DNA of 64,000 nucleotides from Mytilus trossulus (taxonomy: Eukaryota). The notes beneath the pieces are model-generated. The model ran no database searches and was not told the origin of the DNA. It saw nothing but the letters and a program-made list of their open reading frames with translations. The stretch covers positions 73,718,001 to 73,782,000 of the forward strand of contig NC_086382.1 in the NCBI RefSeq assembly GCF_036588685.1. The letters run 5' to 3'. Below, piece after piece: positions 1-15,361 of the stretch; the stretch's first letter is position 1, and each line of letters opens with the position of its first letter. The position numbers were made by a program, and so were the translations under genes.

Positions 1-2448
1 TTTTATTGTATATTTATAAATATTAAATTTGTTAGTTTATTTCTTTTATGTTTCTGTTCAACCAAAATCTGATATTAGAATCCTGAAACAACGATATGCT
101 ATAATACTAGCCACTACACGTATAAGAAGATGTCGACAACGACCCTCTCCTGTTACACTTGCATGTCGAAATCTCCTCATTCAAATTTTGGTGACAATTA
201 CGCCGACACGGTACCATAGCTTTTCTGCATTTCCACGTCTTGGTTGTTCGTGATCCTTTACAGTTACATCTTTAGTTTGGATAGAAAATCGGTTATGAAC
301 ATATGTATGAACTATGTTTACTATACTTTTCACCAGTGAGTAAAATTATCTGGGTGAAACTGCGTTTCTTTTTTTAATTTATCTTCTAATGATTATAATA
401 TAATCAAATGTCATTTGATAGCGTAATTTTAATGACGTGACAACTATAATTAAATGGTATTATGGTATGAAGAGTAAACTATTAGGAGAAAACGTGTTAA
501 TTACAACGATCATGACATAGGCCAAAAAATATGCACAATAAAGTAAAAAATAAATTGTATCGCAAGAGATAGGAATATGTAACTGCGATCAATGCATCAT
601 ATTATTGTGCTTATTTCGTTAATATCCAATTGAATTTAGAGTAGAAATAAGTAAAAATCGGAGATAGATTAATAATTATTAAACAAATACTTTATAAAGA
701 CGGGAGATGTGGTATGATTGCCAACTAGAAAACTATTCGCTAAAATTTAAATAAAGTTGGACATGAAAAATATGAAACAATTCAATAAAGAAAAAAAATA
801 GCAACCTAGTTTCAAACATAATAATAAACGAAAAATATGACATACATGACCCAATGAAAACCACTTAGCTACAGCTGTGTTTGTTACGTTGCTCCAGAAA
901 AAGACAATGAATGGAAATTGCTGTAAGCAGCATTTGGTTAACTAAATAAATTGTAATACAATTTCTTATATCCGTATATTATGATCAGTCGGTAAATGCT
1001 ACCTTATTTTCATAGTTGTGTTTAAGGTCATGTTATTATATTTCACATGTTTGTTCATGAAAAATAAAACAAGTTTACAAAACATATCGTTTGAAGATAA
1101 TGCCTACACTCAAAGATAAATACCAATGACCAGATCTCAAAATGAGTTTTTTGTTGATTTATTGTGTGTGATTGATTCGTTCGCACATTGGTGTCAATAT
1201 AATGGATTTATATGTAAGTGGCATACAAGTGAGACGTTTAGCTACTTTATATAAAACCTGGTTGATATTTCCATTTACAACATACTAAAATGTATGTACT
1301 AAGCCAGGATTATGCCTGTTGTTTTCCATTCGTTTGTGAGCTTGTACTTTTGATATTTCCAATGGATAAGAAATTTTCGTATTTGAATTTTCCATGGAGT
1401 TTGCGGTTTTTTTGTTATTTTATTTTTCATTTTAGATGATGATGACTGAATTGGTGTAATCAACCGACCCTCGAAAAGCTCTTCCGATCTTTTAAATTTT
1501 GACCTTTAGCGATCTTGATGAAGCTTAACCCTGAGTGATTAACACCTAGTATGATTAGAATTTATAAAGCGGCATTTTCAGTCTTTTAATCAAGTTTTTT
1601 TGTAATTTATTTTTATTTCATCTGAAAATACACCAAGTATATATTGTGATATATAGTTATATAGTTATTTCATAATACATATATTGATATTAAATTTTCC
1701 AATAGCAGTCTAAAATTAAAAAGTTAGTTATGCTATGCTAATTAGTCTAAATTTTCTACCAGATCATACACATCTTTTATCACTCTGGATTAGAATACCG
1801 GAATATGTTGATAAGGTAAATGATGGCATCAGCCTTCTCCTCTAGCCACATGCATCACTCCCTATACAATGATGTTGAACATGAGAGGTACCAGGAGAGG
1901 CCACCAGAGATCATTAACAAATAACATATTGGACAACATGTTGGACAGAGTCACATAAATAAATGTCAACCTAAGTCAAGGGGAGATAATTCAAATACAA
2001 TCAAACAAAAATTAGTATATCAATATATATAATCAAGTTATTTGAAGTAAATTAAATCCAGCTCATCTCAAATGCTCAGATTACAATTCAGTCGTACAAT
2101 ATCATTTAGGTGTAATTAGAGTATGAATGCGGAAGTTTGAAATAGAGAAACCCGTTAAAAGGTTCCTCAATAAAATGCAAGTTGGGTATACATTTTATAC
2201 ACAAGGAAGAATACAATTACCTTGAACAATAAAACAAGGTATGCCCATTGGTAGTATTTTACAAAGAAATTTACATAATAAATAATACACAGTGTTTTTT
2301 TTTATGTTTGTTGTTGTTTGTTTTTGAAGCAAGGCAGTATTTCTGTTGCTCCATTGATTTCCTTTTATCGTTCTTTCGGATTTGGTTTCTGACCCAGATT
2401 TCTTTCATTAAAATTAATTTATGACTTTTGAACATCGACACACTATTA

Positions 2449-2656
2449 CTGTAAACCAACTTATTTTCGCGAGCGATTTATTTTCGCGATTTTCGCGAGT
2501 AGGAAAATAACGCGAATATGAATCGTCGCGAATATGTAATCCTTTGATCTTTTCTTATTAAAATTCATCAAGTAAATCAGAAAATCGCGAAATTAAGTAG
2601 CCGCGAAGAAAGGGTAAAAATGAAATAAAGTATTCGCGAAATAAGTTGGTTTACAG
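2449..2656. mobile_element. Small MITE (TA-CTGT...ACAG termini, Tc1/mariner-pogo-like non-autonomous element)
   Basis: Terminal inverted repeats ctgtaaaccaacttattt(t)cgcg / cgcgaaataagttggtttacag; TA on the left, degenerate TT on the right; internal CGCGAA motif repeats. Confidence 0.75.
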
Positions 2657-3636
2657 TTTTTATTTATGACAAATTTGAGAGTTATTCCAATGGCCATTTC
2701 TATATATTATCTTTCTTATCATGCTTGTCACTTCTAATCTTTGACAAATATGTTAAAACATTTGCTATCCTCCAAGATCTGTTAAGTACCATGTGGGAAC
2801 AAAAGGTCTTGAGAAATGCCATCTTGTTTACATTGGTTACGGAAAGAAGTTCGGTCAACGTCGTCTATCGAAAAATAACCAACGTTTAGATCAACGACCA
2901 ATTATATCAACCTTTTCTCTAATATGCAAATCATATAAGAATTATCAAAATATAATATTTTATTTTTATTCATTCAGCGTATGTTCGCTTGTTAATATGT
3001 CTTTGGTATGAGTAAAGCCATTTCGATTGAAATGTTTAAGTTATTCTTATAATATTACACTATTGTTTCAGGTTAGGGTGAATGTTAACGCTTATTCAAA
3101 CGTTTAAACCCTTTACATTTGTTTTCACCTGTCCAAAGTCAGGAACCTGATGTTCAGTGGTTGTCGCTTGTTCATGTGGTTCATAATTTTTCTAGTTTCT
3201 CGATTGTTGTAAAGATGAGACCGTAGGTTTTCCTGTTTAAATAGTTTACCACTTATCTTTTTTGGGCTCGTTTATAATAGCTTGCTGCATGATGTGAGCC
3301 AAGGTTCCTCGTTGAAAAGAGTATAACCTTTAATGGTTTACTTTTAAAAATTATAGAGTGTTACGGTAATACCTTGGAGCTATGATAATACACGTGTGGT
3401 CATGTATCTTTGGCTTACATTCTCCTTCATTCTGCAGAGAAGGACTAGAGACCATAGAACATTTATTTTGGAGCTGTCCGATGGTTGCAATCTCTGGCAT
3501 GCACTAACCATCTAGATTTTTGAAATGACAAAAATTGAGCTGCCTTTGAATATTATGATTATTCTATTTGGTATCTACGAAAATGTTAATTGAATTTTGT
3601 TAAAAATAAGATTATTCTGCTTTCCCAATACTAAAA

Positions 3637-4081
3637 GTACCCGGCCACGTCCACTTGTATTTTTGTCCATCTGATGAGTTAAGCCTTTTTCAACTGATTT
3701 TTATAGTTCGTTCTTATGTTGTACTGTTATACCACTGTCCCAGGTTAGGGGAGCGTTGGGATCTCGCTTACATGTTTAACCCCGCCACATTATTTTTGTA
3801 TGTGCCTGTCCCAAGTCTAGAGCCTGTAAATTCAGTGGTTGTCGTTTGTGTATGTGTTACATATTTGTTTTTCGTTCATTTTTTTGACATAAATAAGGCC
3901 GTTAGTTTTCTCGTTTGAATTGTTTAACATTGTCTTATCGGGGCCTTTCATAGCTGACTATGCGGTATGGGCTTTGCTCTTTGTTGAAGGCCGTACGGTG
4001 ACCTATAGTTGTTAATGTCTGTGTTATTTAAGTCGTTTGTGGATAGTCGTCTCATTGGCAATCATACCACATCTTCTTTTT
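3637..4081. repeat. Abundant short interspersed repeat (family with terminus aagaagatgtggtatgattgccaatgagacaac)
   Basis: Same sequence recurs in opposite orientation at ~54304-54500, 59962-60075, 61672-61870 and 63478-63757, with further fragments elsewhere. Confidence 0.75.
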
Positions 4082-6075
4082 TATAATATATTTTCCGAAC
4101 AAAATTACAAGTAGTTTTGTCAAATTCAAATGCTTTAAAAAAACTATTAAAAGGAACATCTCTGTAGAGGAATATAACAAATACTGGAGTCCCTGGACCA
4201 TTATAGTATAGAATAAATAATAAATGTCGATTTTTGATTGAAGCACCACTAACAAATATTACAAGAACAAATAAGATTCCAATGTTAAAAGATTATTTAC
4301 TTTAAACCTAGTGTTGCACCATGATATATTCAATGGTTGTATTATTATTTAATACTACCTTTGTATATATATGCTATTATGTGTACCTTTGTTCATACAT
4401 GTTGTGCTAGTTTATTTGTTACAATAAAGAAAATCCATTATAAAACAAAAAACTCATACCACATCTTTCATATCCATACAGTGCTACATTGATACCTTGG
4501 AGCTATAATAATACACGTGAATTTATGTATCTTTGGCATTGACATGTTCAGTTTTAATCTAATTAATAAAGGTGGTTCCGGAAATGTGATTTGGACGCGT
4601 AAAACGTTTAGATAGTTAATTTCGTTCTTCCAAGTCTGAGACGAATTATCACAGATCGGTCAGACATGATAAAAAGAGTTCCATCTGATTGGCTGAAAAT
4701 TATTAAAATCTCTGCTACGCAAGTCCTTGTATTGATGCATTGCTTTAACTGGTGATTGTATTTGTCTTTGATATCAATCTTTGTCATTTTACTTTTTTCT
4801 AAATCTCAGGTGTATATCTTCCTGTATAATGAAAGCAATCGGATTCATGTAACTAAATTATCTTTCGTCTTTTGATACCACGATACACGCAACGTAATTA
4901 GATTTGACAAATCATAATTTTCAGTATTTTCAAGCCTTCAGAATAAAATCCAAACTGTAATACAAATATATATATATATATATGCCATTAAGTAGAAAAA
5001 TCAATTATAAATAAAGATAATTTATGAACAGTGTTTATTCGCCGGACTGCATATTATAGTGTAGAAATGATTTATTATGAAATCCACGACAATTGGTAAC
5101 AATTTGATAATGAATACATAATAATGGGTACAAATATCGTTACTAGTAACGTGGCCGAGTTCTTATACATTCAACAACAAAAAACATAAAGTACAGATCT
5201 CAGAGTACTTGCAATTAGTGAGAGATAGTTCACAGCCAGTAACAACTAATAAGAAAACATGCATCCAAGACTAAATTACCAATTAGTACACATACACCAT
5301 CCAATGGATTTAGTGTAAAGACAGAGAAAAACATGACCTTATACAATGCCAAAATACAGGTATAGACAGATTGTAGATCCATGAATGTGTATATGTAAAT
5401 AACATTTTTCTGAGCGCGTTTCCCTCACCTCAAACAAAAGTGTTACAGCATAACATACTGCAAAGTCAGTTACAAATGGCTTAAAGTAGTTTATCAGTAC
5501 AAAACATAAATAAACTAATTGATGAACAAACAATCGACTCAAAGCACCAATATAGGTTTACTCGCAATTACTGACAGTTATAATAAAGCCAATGACATTT
5601 TAGTTTAGTTTAAACAATATTGTATTTCAAGAAGTGCACAAAATATATTTATCCAATATGAAATACAGGGATTCGGAAACAAGAAAAACTTATATAAATC
5701 TGTCTCCCTTTAAAAAAAAAATGACAAAATTAGAAACATAGTATTAGAAACTTTTATATGTATATTATATTTTCTAAAGTATCAATAAATACATACCCAA
5801 TGAATTTATTGTAGGACGCGAAACATTCTGATCACCTGGCCAACACATACGTAACCAGTATCGACAGAATGTGGGACCTCGAGTGCTTATACATGTACAA
5901 TATAACAATTTGTTATAAAAAATATAACTAGTTTGTGTTAATCCATCTGAAACAGAATTAATGTTAGTACAGTTGACTAACTGACATCACAATATATATA
6001 AGTTTTTATTTATGTCATAGGTTATATGCTCCTCAACTTTGTATTTGTTTTGGCTTTTTAACTATTTTGATCTGA

Positions 6076-6119
6076 GCGTAACTGATGAGTCTTATGTAGA
6101 CGAAACGCGCGTCTGTCGT
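6076..6119 (+). ncRNA. Type I hammerhead ribozyme motif in a retrozyme fragment (weak stem I)
   Basis: CTGATGA-GTCT-tatgt-AGAC-GAAA-CGCGCG-TC core; stem I has two mismatches. Confidence 0.7.
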
Positions 6120-6719
6120 ATAAAATTATAATCCTGATACTTTTGATAACTAATTATAGCAGTAGGGCTTCAAATGATTGATAGAAATAACTACTTATAA
6201 CAGCACACTAGCATCAGATTTTGATTTATTCTAAAAACCGATTTATCATATAATTGCCTGAATAGACAACACAAAATCATAACTTGGTAACACGCTCAAT
6301 AGATTTTAGTGTTTGTATGATATATAATACACATAATATCAACTTCCTGGCGTGTTATGTCTACCCAATGAAAAATTATGATCTAAGGCGTTACACTCTC
6401 AAACATTTAATGTTTATCAAAAAGAAAACGTTTAACTATAACTAAGTTGAAAGCGTACCACAGATTAAAAGAAAACATTAAAATTTAAAAATTCCTTTAG
6501 TTTCAATAGTATTCTACTGCTAAAGGTGATAAGATCATTCTGGTTTAAAATTTGTCAAAAGTCTGATCTAGATCCTGCTTTTTGAGGCAAGGAACTGAAA
6601 TTAATCGTAAAATCATTTATTTGATATTTAAAGGCAACAGTAGTATACCGCTGTTCAAAACTCCTAAATCCATGGACAAAAAACAAAATCGGGTTAACAA
6701 ACTAAAACAGTTCTGATTA

Positions 6720-7960
6720 GGCCGTTTCTTGTCAAATTTGTCTCAATTGTCACATCCGCAATCCTGCAAATTTCTCCAGATCATGCCAATTTCTCTAAGA
6801 CACCGTTAATATAGCGTTCACACACTTAGGGAAGAAAAAGACATTCTGTTTATGAATTATTATTTCAACCGAAGGGCTCTGCGATCAGGAAGGAATAGAA
6901 TATACTTGAATATATATTAGGGAGCAGCTTGGCAAGTATGACACATTGATGGGAGATCTGAGAAAAGAATGCCCAGAAGCTTTCATTAACTACAATAGGC
7001 TGCACAAATCACTGTACAATGAGTCCTGTCTATATAGTCAAGCTCCGCATCACCAAATGAAAACTTGTTGGAGGCCAGATTCTTATCCAGAACTGAAATT
7101 TGCCTGAACCATGAGATATCTGGCATCCGACGACAGTTTCATTGCATAAAGTTGGACAACTGGGTTCCCCGAGGTCTGACCGTCAATCATTAATGAGTAT
7201 GCTGCAGAGTACTTCCATGCCCTGCCAGAGGAGTAGGAGAAAATCGTAAATGATATTTGTCCACAGATGTATCTTCACACATGTGTGCGGTAGATTGGAT
7301 TGAGTTCATGTTGTGTATAAGTAACCATCAAATATCAGATCATTTTTATCATAAAAATTTGGGCTTTTTCTCCATATTTCAGATGACCCTCGTATATGCA
7401 AACTACGTGTAGTATTAATCTGGCTTGTATTTTGGCCAGATGGAGAAGGTTCATACGCATAAATGTACAACGGAGTTTAAGCTGAAAGAACTACAGCAGT
7501 GTCTTTTCTGATTCTTAATCACTTCACGGAGTTGACCGAAATATGTCATATTTATCTTTCCTGACAATGACTTTCAACTGGGAACTGAGAAACGTAACAT
7601 GGCAGAAGAAGAAAGAATCTCCAATGCATGATGTTAAGAGCACGCAGGGTTAGGGAAAATGCCTTCGACATATAGGCTTAAATATTTCAAATACTGCTAT
7701 CTAGCATGGATCAGACTGTGAGTATGTGAAATCATTGCAAGGACTTATTTCTGCCTCCACAACTTCAAGGGAATACGATACCCAATATATAACAACAACT
7801 AAGTTGATCGTAAAAATGTCGAGAACGCAAGGATCATACCCAGAAGATCGAGAGCAAACGAAATTGTTTCAATGGGTTAATAACGGTACCAACGATTCTG
7901 AACAAATAAATTTTCATTTCGAAAAATTATTTAGTGACGCTTTAAAACATTTGAACAGAC
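6720..7960 (+). mobile_element. Degenerate PIF/Harbinger (HARBI1-like DDE) transposase remnant
   Basis: Fragments translate to EQLGKYDTLMGDLRKECPEAFINYNRL (~6921), MRYLASDDSF (~7111) and RARRVRENAF (~7637); many stops and frameshifts; boundaries approximate. Confidence 0.65.
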
Positions 7961-7989
7961 AAATACTAATACAAACATAAATCGCAAAA

Positions 7990-9980
7990 TCTTAGTTTCT
8001 TACTGCTATATACGTCTCTAAATTATAAAGATCTTTTAATATTTTCTTCACAGCATGAATTGATAAAACTTTCTGGAAATATCTTGTATTATAAATATAT
8101 TATTTCAGACACAGAAAAATCAGATAATTTCACCCTTGTATATCTCTACTGTAAGTTTTACTTCCAATCTATACTACTTGAGTTTTGGGAAGGTTAATCC
8201 TTATACCATAAAGTTTTGCATACAAATCTAGATCTAATGAAGCTTCTTCCATAGATTCTTCACTTCCATCCAAAATCAGTGAAGTTATATCTGTAAACTG
8301 AGATAGTTTATGTTCAACTTGAGAGATTTCTATACCCTGTATTTTCGATTTACCTATAACCTTTAGTGCCAAAATCTCTGAACAAAATTGTGATAGTGTG
8401 TCCCCCTTCTGCCTCGTCCAATACCAAAGAACTCTGATAAAGTTCCATCCTTAATGACTGCAGAGCTAGTATTATCGTAAAGTACTTTTATCCAATTGAT
8501 TATGGAATTCCCAAAATTGAAAAAAATCAGAACTGCTAAAAGAAAATCCCAGGATACTGTATCAAAAGATTTTTCAAAGTCTATCACCAGTAATTATAAA
8601 CCAGGTATATATTTTCTTCAGTTAACTGCAAGATATCATATATAAGTCGGGAAATATTTCCCATAAAACGCCCACTTATGATGCCAGTTCGATCTAAAAT
8701 AATCAGTTTATCTTATCAAAAAATTAAATCTATTTGCGATCATCCCTGATCAAATTCTATAAACTGTATTTAATAATGAAATGGAGCTCCAGTTCTTCAG
8801 CAAATGGCGTGGCTTGTTATCCTTTGGTAAACATGTGATAAAGCATTATTTTTGAGTGACTAATAATGATCCAATGAGACCATAATTTAGAGATTCTACA
8901 ATGAAATATTTTAAATCGTTCCCAAACAATTTGAAAAACTCAGTCGAAAAACCGTCAGATCCAGGAGATTTATAATTTTTCATTTTTTGTAATGTTAAAC
9001 CTGCCTCAGCTATAGTTATATCCCCTTCTTAACTATATTTGTCATCCTCTGTCATTTTTTTAAATTTAAACTTTCTAAAACATTTTCTAACTGTTCAATT
9101 TTACAGCCATTTAAACTACAACCCCTATTTTTATTACTTTTTTTTCTTTTAAAATATCATATTGCTTTGTTATAATCCTTCCATCCTCTGTTTCAACTTT
9201 TGGTATAATTTTACTCGTAAAATGTTTTGACTGGAGACCACAAAAATATTTAGTCGGCTTTTCTCCTCCTTCAATCCATTTGACCTAAAACGTATTAATT
9301 TACCCTTCATCTTTTCTTTGCATATATCCTCCAGTTCTTGTTTCTTTATCTTTTAAAATATTATATGTAAAAAGAAAACAATCCAACCTAGAGTGTTTAA
9401 AGGGCTTCTTTTTTCTCCATGTATAGTCTGGAAAAAGTTCCCTGGAAGGATCTATAAGGCTTCATTTATCTATGATTTCGAAAATATTATCTCTAGCAGT
9501 AGGGTTATTAATATGTAGATAGTTACAATAGTCTATATAGGAATACAATACAAGATTATAATCACCACATATTATGAAGTTTTCAATTTCCATATCTTCT
9601 ATAATACACATAATAAGATGGAAAAAATAGGATTATCTGCATTAGGACCATACAATGATAAAAGTTTTACTCTCTCCTTCCTTGTCTATAACAGTATCTA
9701 ATGATAGATAATTACAATTTACATCTTTCTTGTCTTTTAATACTCTAAATTAAAAATTATTAGAAAACATTACAGCAACTCCTCTAGAGTTTAAGAAGAA
9801 CGATGAAAAATGACACTCATAGCCCCTCATGGTCTTGATATTCATTTCACTTTCATTTGTGATATGTGTATCTTGAATACAATAGATGTTACATTGTGTA
9901 GACTTAATGAAATTAAATACTGATAATATCTTGTGTCTCCGATAACTTAACATTTTAACATTTGATATTATGTTCATATT
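7990..9980 (-). mobile_element. Degenerate L1/Tx1-clade LINE ORF2 (APE endonuclease + RT), internally deleted
   Basis: Endonuclease motifs YCIQDTH and NSRGVAVMF (9750-9998); RT motifs IDFEKSFDTVSWDFL, FFGIGRG and KLSQFTDITSL (8169-8587); frameshifted. Confidence 0.85.
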
Positions 9981-12900
9981 AATACAGACAGCACGCATTT
10001 ACATTGAGTAACAATAAGTTTTATAATACACCAGGAAGCGGAGTCTCATATTACATGTCTTGAGATGTATAACAATAAACGATTAAATATCTAGTCTTTG
10101 TGACATTCTTACGAAAGTATTAGAAAGTGTTAACAGAAAAACGAACATTATGAAATTTCTGATTCTTTATCTATTGATGACCGTACACGAGGGTAAGTCA
10201 GACTTCTCTTTTTTTATATTTATTTTTGTATCGATGTATATATTATTACGCGTTAATTTCGTCATCTCTACTATCAAATACTTCATATATGGTATTTTGT
10301 GTTTACTGGAGAACAGCAAATTGGTTTGTAACACTGAGCGTGAATCGAGCTTGTTAGAAAGACCATTTTAAAAATTTGTCGTAAATCTACGACTTGGCGT
10401 AGATCAAGCATAAGAAAACATAAAGATTATATAAACTAATATTAAGGTATATACCTTTGCATATTAACATCCTTTCAAAAAGATTGTTTCTGTTTGTTTT
10501 GAATGAGATTGAACATAAAATTAAAACACTAGACGACTTGTTCCTAGAAAACTTATATAAGTGATAAATCAAAAAACTTAGCTTGATACAAAACGTGTTC
10601 TGTTTTCTGCTGCAAATGCATAAATTGTCAAGATATAAAACACTAATCGTGACTTTTCCACAGTCTAATTATAATGAAATATACGTATCAAAATATACAA
10701 GTCATTATAGTGTGAAAATGATCCAATGTAAAGGTTTTATTTGAGATATATAAACATTAAACGATTGAAAAAAAGGTAAGGTAATGTTATCAAAAGGTAA
10801 GTATATAATTGCTAAGTTCAAATCATGAATTTAGTCACAGGTTCCAGTCATTCATATGTTGCCACATTCAGGAAACTACCAAAATGTACCAGAGACATTA
10901 TTGTATGTATATGGCAGCAACCTGGATCTCTGAGTCTTTAGATAAAAGAGATATAACTTTGAAATGAAAAGGTTTTGTCTTATTTTTATAGAAAAAGTCA
11001 AGCCGGCAGGTGGTGTGGCACACAAAGAATATTCCTCCGAAAACTGCTTATCAGTTCCAATATCAATCCACTTGCTCCCGATCAAAAGTTCAACCAATTT
11101 GAATGATATCAACTCGGTGTATTTGTTATTGGAATTAGTTTTTTCTTGACGAAAAGTGATATAAGTTGCTACAATTGCCATGTTTTAAAGAAGAAAAAAA
11201 CCCTAGCAATATTGTCGTTATTAAAATACATGGGTTATAGAAATGTATAGCTTGGATAAATTAACAAAAAATGATATAACTGCTTAACGTAAAACATTAT
11301 CTCCCTACTTGATTTACACTGCTGAATAAATATGTTGGTCATCTGAGATTGAGATTGAGATTTAAATACACAAAGAGAGAAAACTCAAGGATATATTTGT
11401 ATCATATGAAATAATGTGGCGGTGTAAGCTAGATTTTTACTCTCGCTTTGGATTTCTGGTGCCTTCGTTATACATTGTAAATTAATATGTGTTCTCTTAT
11501 AAGTATATCATGCTATGTCTTATAGGGCAACAACATGTTTTTGTGACACTTATTTTTCATATGAAATGATTTTCCTGTACTTGCTTGGTACGATTTCTTT
11601 ATAAAAAGATAAAGGGGGTACATTTGAAACAGGTTTAGAATCGTGTATTACCTGGGTTAAAACAATGTAACAGTATGTACACAACTGGTGAGTATCAGAA
11701 AATTGTAAAAAGTCATTTGACATAATTATGTTTTAGCTCTGCTATTTTATTTGTTTTGGCTGTTGTTATTATGACCGAGAGATCAAGGAACAATAGAAAG
11801 GAATAAATATAAAAGTAGATGGAAAAAGTCATTGAAATAAGATTTCGATCACAATAAGCGTACGACATAACACTATTTTGGATATAAACGATGTGGTAAA
11901 TACATGCAATGAACGAGATAGAATGTTTTGGTTCTAATCATTTCTTCTTTTAGAAAGCAGGATGATTGATTGGGAAATTGTAATCATGTAAAGTTAACAT
12001 TGTCGGGATTAAGTGGACAGATAAACCTTTTAAAGCTTAAAGGGTGTTTTTAGAACATGATAATCAGGAATGGTAAAATAAAAAAAAAAACATGAATAAA
12101 TTATTTGTGATATGGAAAAATAAAGAAATCTTTCAATTGTAGGAATAATCCTAATATTACGGACTTAAATATTGCCTGTTTTAGGTAGCATGTGTTTAAC
12201 TTTACAAAATTATCTATAACAAATATGAAACAGTAGATATAAATTTATAGTGGGAACCCTGACAATGTTTAAAAGAAACATGACGGTACATGTAGCTCCA
12301 TATAAAAAGGAGGTAAAAAAATTGTTTTGTTTTATTGCTTTAAATGCATCATTGTTATATTCATTCTAGTAATTGGTAAACTTGCATTTTCTTATCTTAG
12401 CTTTTATCACTATATAATACTGAAATGTTTCAAAAAGAAAAATATGTGGTATGAGTTTTACTAATATAAAACCTCTAAAATGTTTTAGAGATATTCCTGA
12501 TTTAAAATAAACAAACAAATCTTGAAATTTGACGGGGGAATGGAGATTATTTCAACTAATTGTTCCAACGAAAGAAACTATTATTCCAGTGGAAGATGCT
12601 TAGATCAATAAGTGCATTTTTGTAACGAATAAGAAGAAGATTATGCCCACTATATTCTGAAATGCACACATTTAAAAGAAGTAAAATATATTTTGTTATT
12701 AAATTGCAACATCTTATATTTTGATATAAAATCACAGATAGTAAGTATAACTTTTTAAATTATCTTAAACTTAGATTTTCTATTTATAAGTCATATTATG
12801 TGTCCGAGCAAAGAACAAAAATTGTTGATGTCCTTAGCATTTTGAAAATGAATTAAATAAAAGAGTAAACACCTACGTATACAGATGTCCAATGTTATTG

Positions 12901-13566
12901 TCAATTAAAAAGAATTATAAGATGCACTTTGTAAATACAACTGTTTCTCAAACCACGCCTCCTCTTTTGGGGAGTTTTAGAATATTCATAGAAAATTAAT
13001 TTTGGTTACATACTGGTTCCGATTTATGATATCTGTGAACCATCTCATAGAGACCTAACTTGGGAATGTTACCAGTAAATATACACGAGCAATTTGTTTC
13101 TATTGAAATCCATGGTAACCTTTTATTCGAGGTAGGGTTAGTTAAGAAAAGAAGAGAGGTTCAGAGCATAAACGTTGAAAATATGCCGCACCGCCCTATA
13201 TTTTGAGTTGTAGTGCATATGAACTTTCAATTCTAGGATAAGATTTTATTCAAAACTTCATAGTAAAAGTGGTAAAGTTTAAGCCTTAAAGGGAAAATTG
13301 CATCGTCAATATTTACAGAAATGCAACCTTTAGCATAACATCTGACGAAGCTGAACTTCTAAATTTTATAAATCGTACTTTCCGGAAATTTTATCAGGTG
13401 TCCAACACAATGCAAAGTTACCAATTGGACAACAAACATATCATTTCATTGATACACACCCTATTAATAAGTATGATTACGTATGTTGTAACACTATAAG
13501 AAATCAGGGTAGTAGAATTAAGAATTACTGTAAAGTCTGCTTTTGATTGTTGAAATTACACCTTAA

Positions 13567-14458
13567 CAAACTGTGCCCCTCTACTTGCCGACTTGTGTCT
13601 TTATTATTATGAGGCTGATCTCATGCAGGAACTTCTTAGGAAGAAAGATAAGAACCAATATCCTTTAACTCTACTTTCCGCTATATAGATGACGTTCTTT
13701 CACTAAACAATTCAAAATTTGGTGATTATGTGGACGGCATATATTCCATCGAATTGGAGATAAAGGATACTACAGATACAGTTAAGTCGGCTTCATATCT
13801 TCACTTACATCTAGAAATTAACAATGAGGGTCGGTTGAAAACAAAACTTTACGACAAAAGAGATGATTTCAGCTTTCCAATTGTGAACTTTCCATTTCTA
13901 AGTAGCAACATTCCAGCAGCACCTGCATACGGAGTATTTATCTCCCAATTGATGCGATATCCTCATGCTTGCATTTCCTATCATGATTTTCTTGATAAAG
14001 GGTTACTGCTCACAAATCAGCTATTAAACCAAGAGTTCCAAACGGTGAAGTTGAAATCATCCCTTCGTAAATTTTACGGACGACATCACAAGTTGGTTGA
14101 CCGTTATGGAATAACCGTTTCACAAATGATATCGTATATGTTCCTTACGTCGTAACTACAATCCCCTTCCCTTTCATGAATGTGACCTACCGAATTAGAC
14201 TATTTACCGGTTTTGTAATCACATAAGCAACACGACGGGTGCCACATGTAGAGCAGAATCTGCTTACCCTTCCGGAGCACCCGAGATCACCCCTAGTTTT
14301 TGGTGGGGTCCGTGTTGTTTATTCTTTAGTTTTCTATGTTGTGTCATGTGTACTATTGTTTTTTGTCTTTTTTCTTTTTCATTTTTAGCCTTGGCGTTGT
14401 CAGATTGATTTATATTTATGAGTTTGATTGTCCCTTTGGTATCTTTCGTCTCTCTTTT
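13567..14458 (+). mobile_element. 5'-truncated Penelope-like (probably Naiad-type) retroelement, family 1
   Basis: NCAPLLADL, FRYIDDVLSLNN and KLYDKRDDFSFPIVNFPFLSSNIP; 3' UTR ending gtc(c/t)ctctttt shared with the copies at 23328, 43405 and 59178. Confidence 0.8.
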
Positions 14459-15361
14459 GATAACATTGTTTTGTGAATTCTTTTGCACAAACAACAGTTT
14501 AACTTTGTTTACTAGTTAATTATTTGTAGGTAAGAATTAGATATTGTTTGTTATCAACTAGAAATAATAAGTTTTAATCTATTGATATCAAATACCATTC
14601 AGATTAAAAATAAAAGTTGTTATCAAGTTATATCGATATCTCATGAGATGTTTAAACTATTTCTCTAATGACCAGCCGTTGAACTGATCTTTTGCACAAT
14701 CAACATAATTGTGCGATTCAGAATGTAAATAGAATTTGAAAACAAGTGATAAGTATAATTTTGTAAAATATTGAAGACATCGCAAATACGCGTTGCAATA
14801 AGAATGTGGCCTTCTTTAGTCTTGTATTATTCTAATTTTAGTTTCTTGTGTGCAATTTGGAAATTAGTGTGGCGTTCATTATCACTTAACTAATATATAT
14901 TTGTTAAGGGGTCAGCTGAAGGTCGCCTACGGGTGCGGGAATTTCTCGCTACATTGAAGACCTGTTGGTGACCTTATGCTGTTGTTTTTTTCTATGGTTG
15001 TTATCTCTTTGACACATTTCCTATTTAGATTCTCAATTTAACCTTTAACAATCATCAATGACTTAATGAATAGATCATGCAAATATTGTAATATAGAGTG
15101 GTCAGTGTTTTGTTATATATCTGCCTGTAAGAAATAACCAACAAGTCACAACTATAAGAGAATATAATAAATGTATCACAAAGAGTGAAGGATGTTGTTA
15201 ATTGTTCGTTCAAAAATCCAAGAAATATAACACAAGCCTTTGATGGTTGACTTGAGTCAATTTATATTTGTACATATACAAGTGGTTTTTATATGTATCT
15301 TAAACATACTAATATATCTCACCATTTAGTTTGGGTTATTCTTATTGTTGAAGGCCGTACG

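Noticed and set aside
3671-3700. CTGATGAG in the short interspersed repeat as a hammerhead
   Set aside because: No downstream GAAA or stem III
15066-15126. Candidate TLR-A exon 1 (MNRSCKYCNIEWSVFCYISA, phase-1 gtaaga); also MIFLYLL-G|gtacga at 11566-11587
   Set aside because: Phase fits, but both are poor signal peptides with no clear homology to B/D exon 1; unresolved without RNA data
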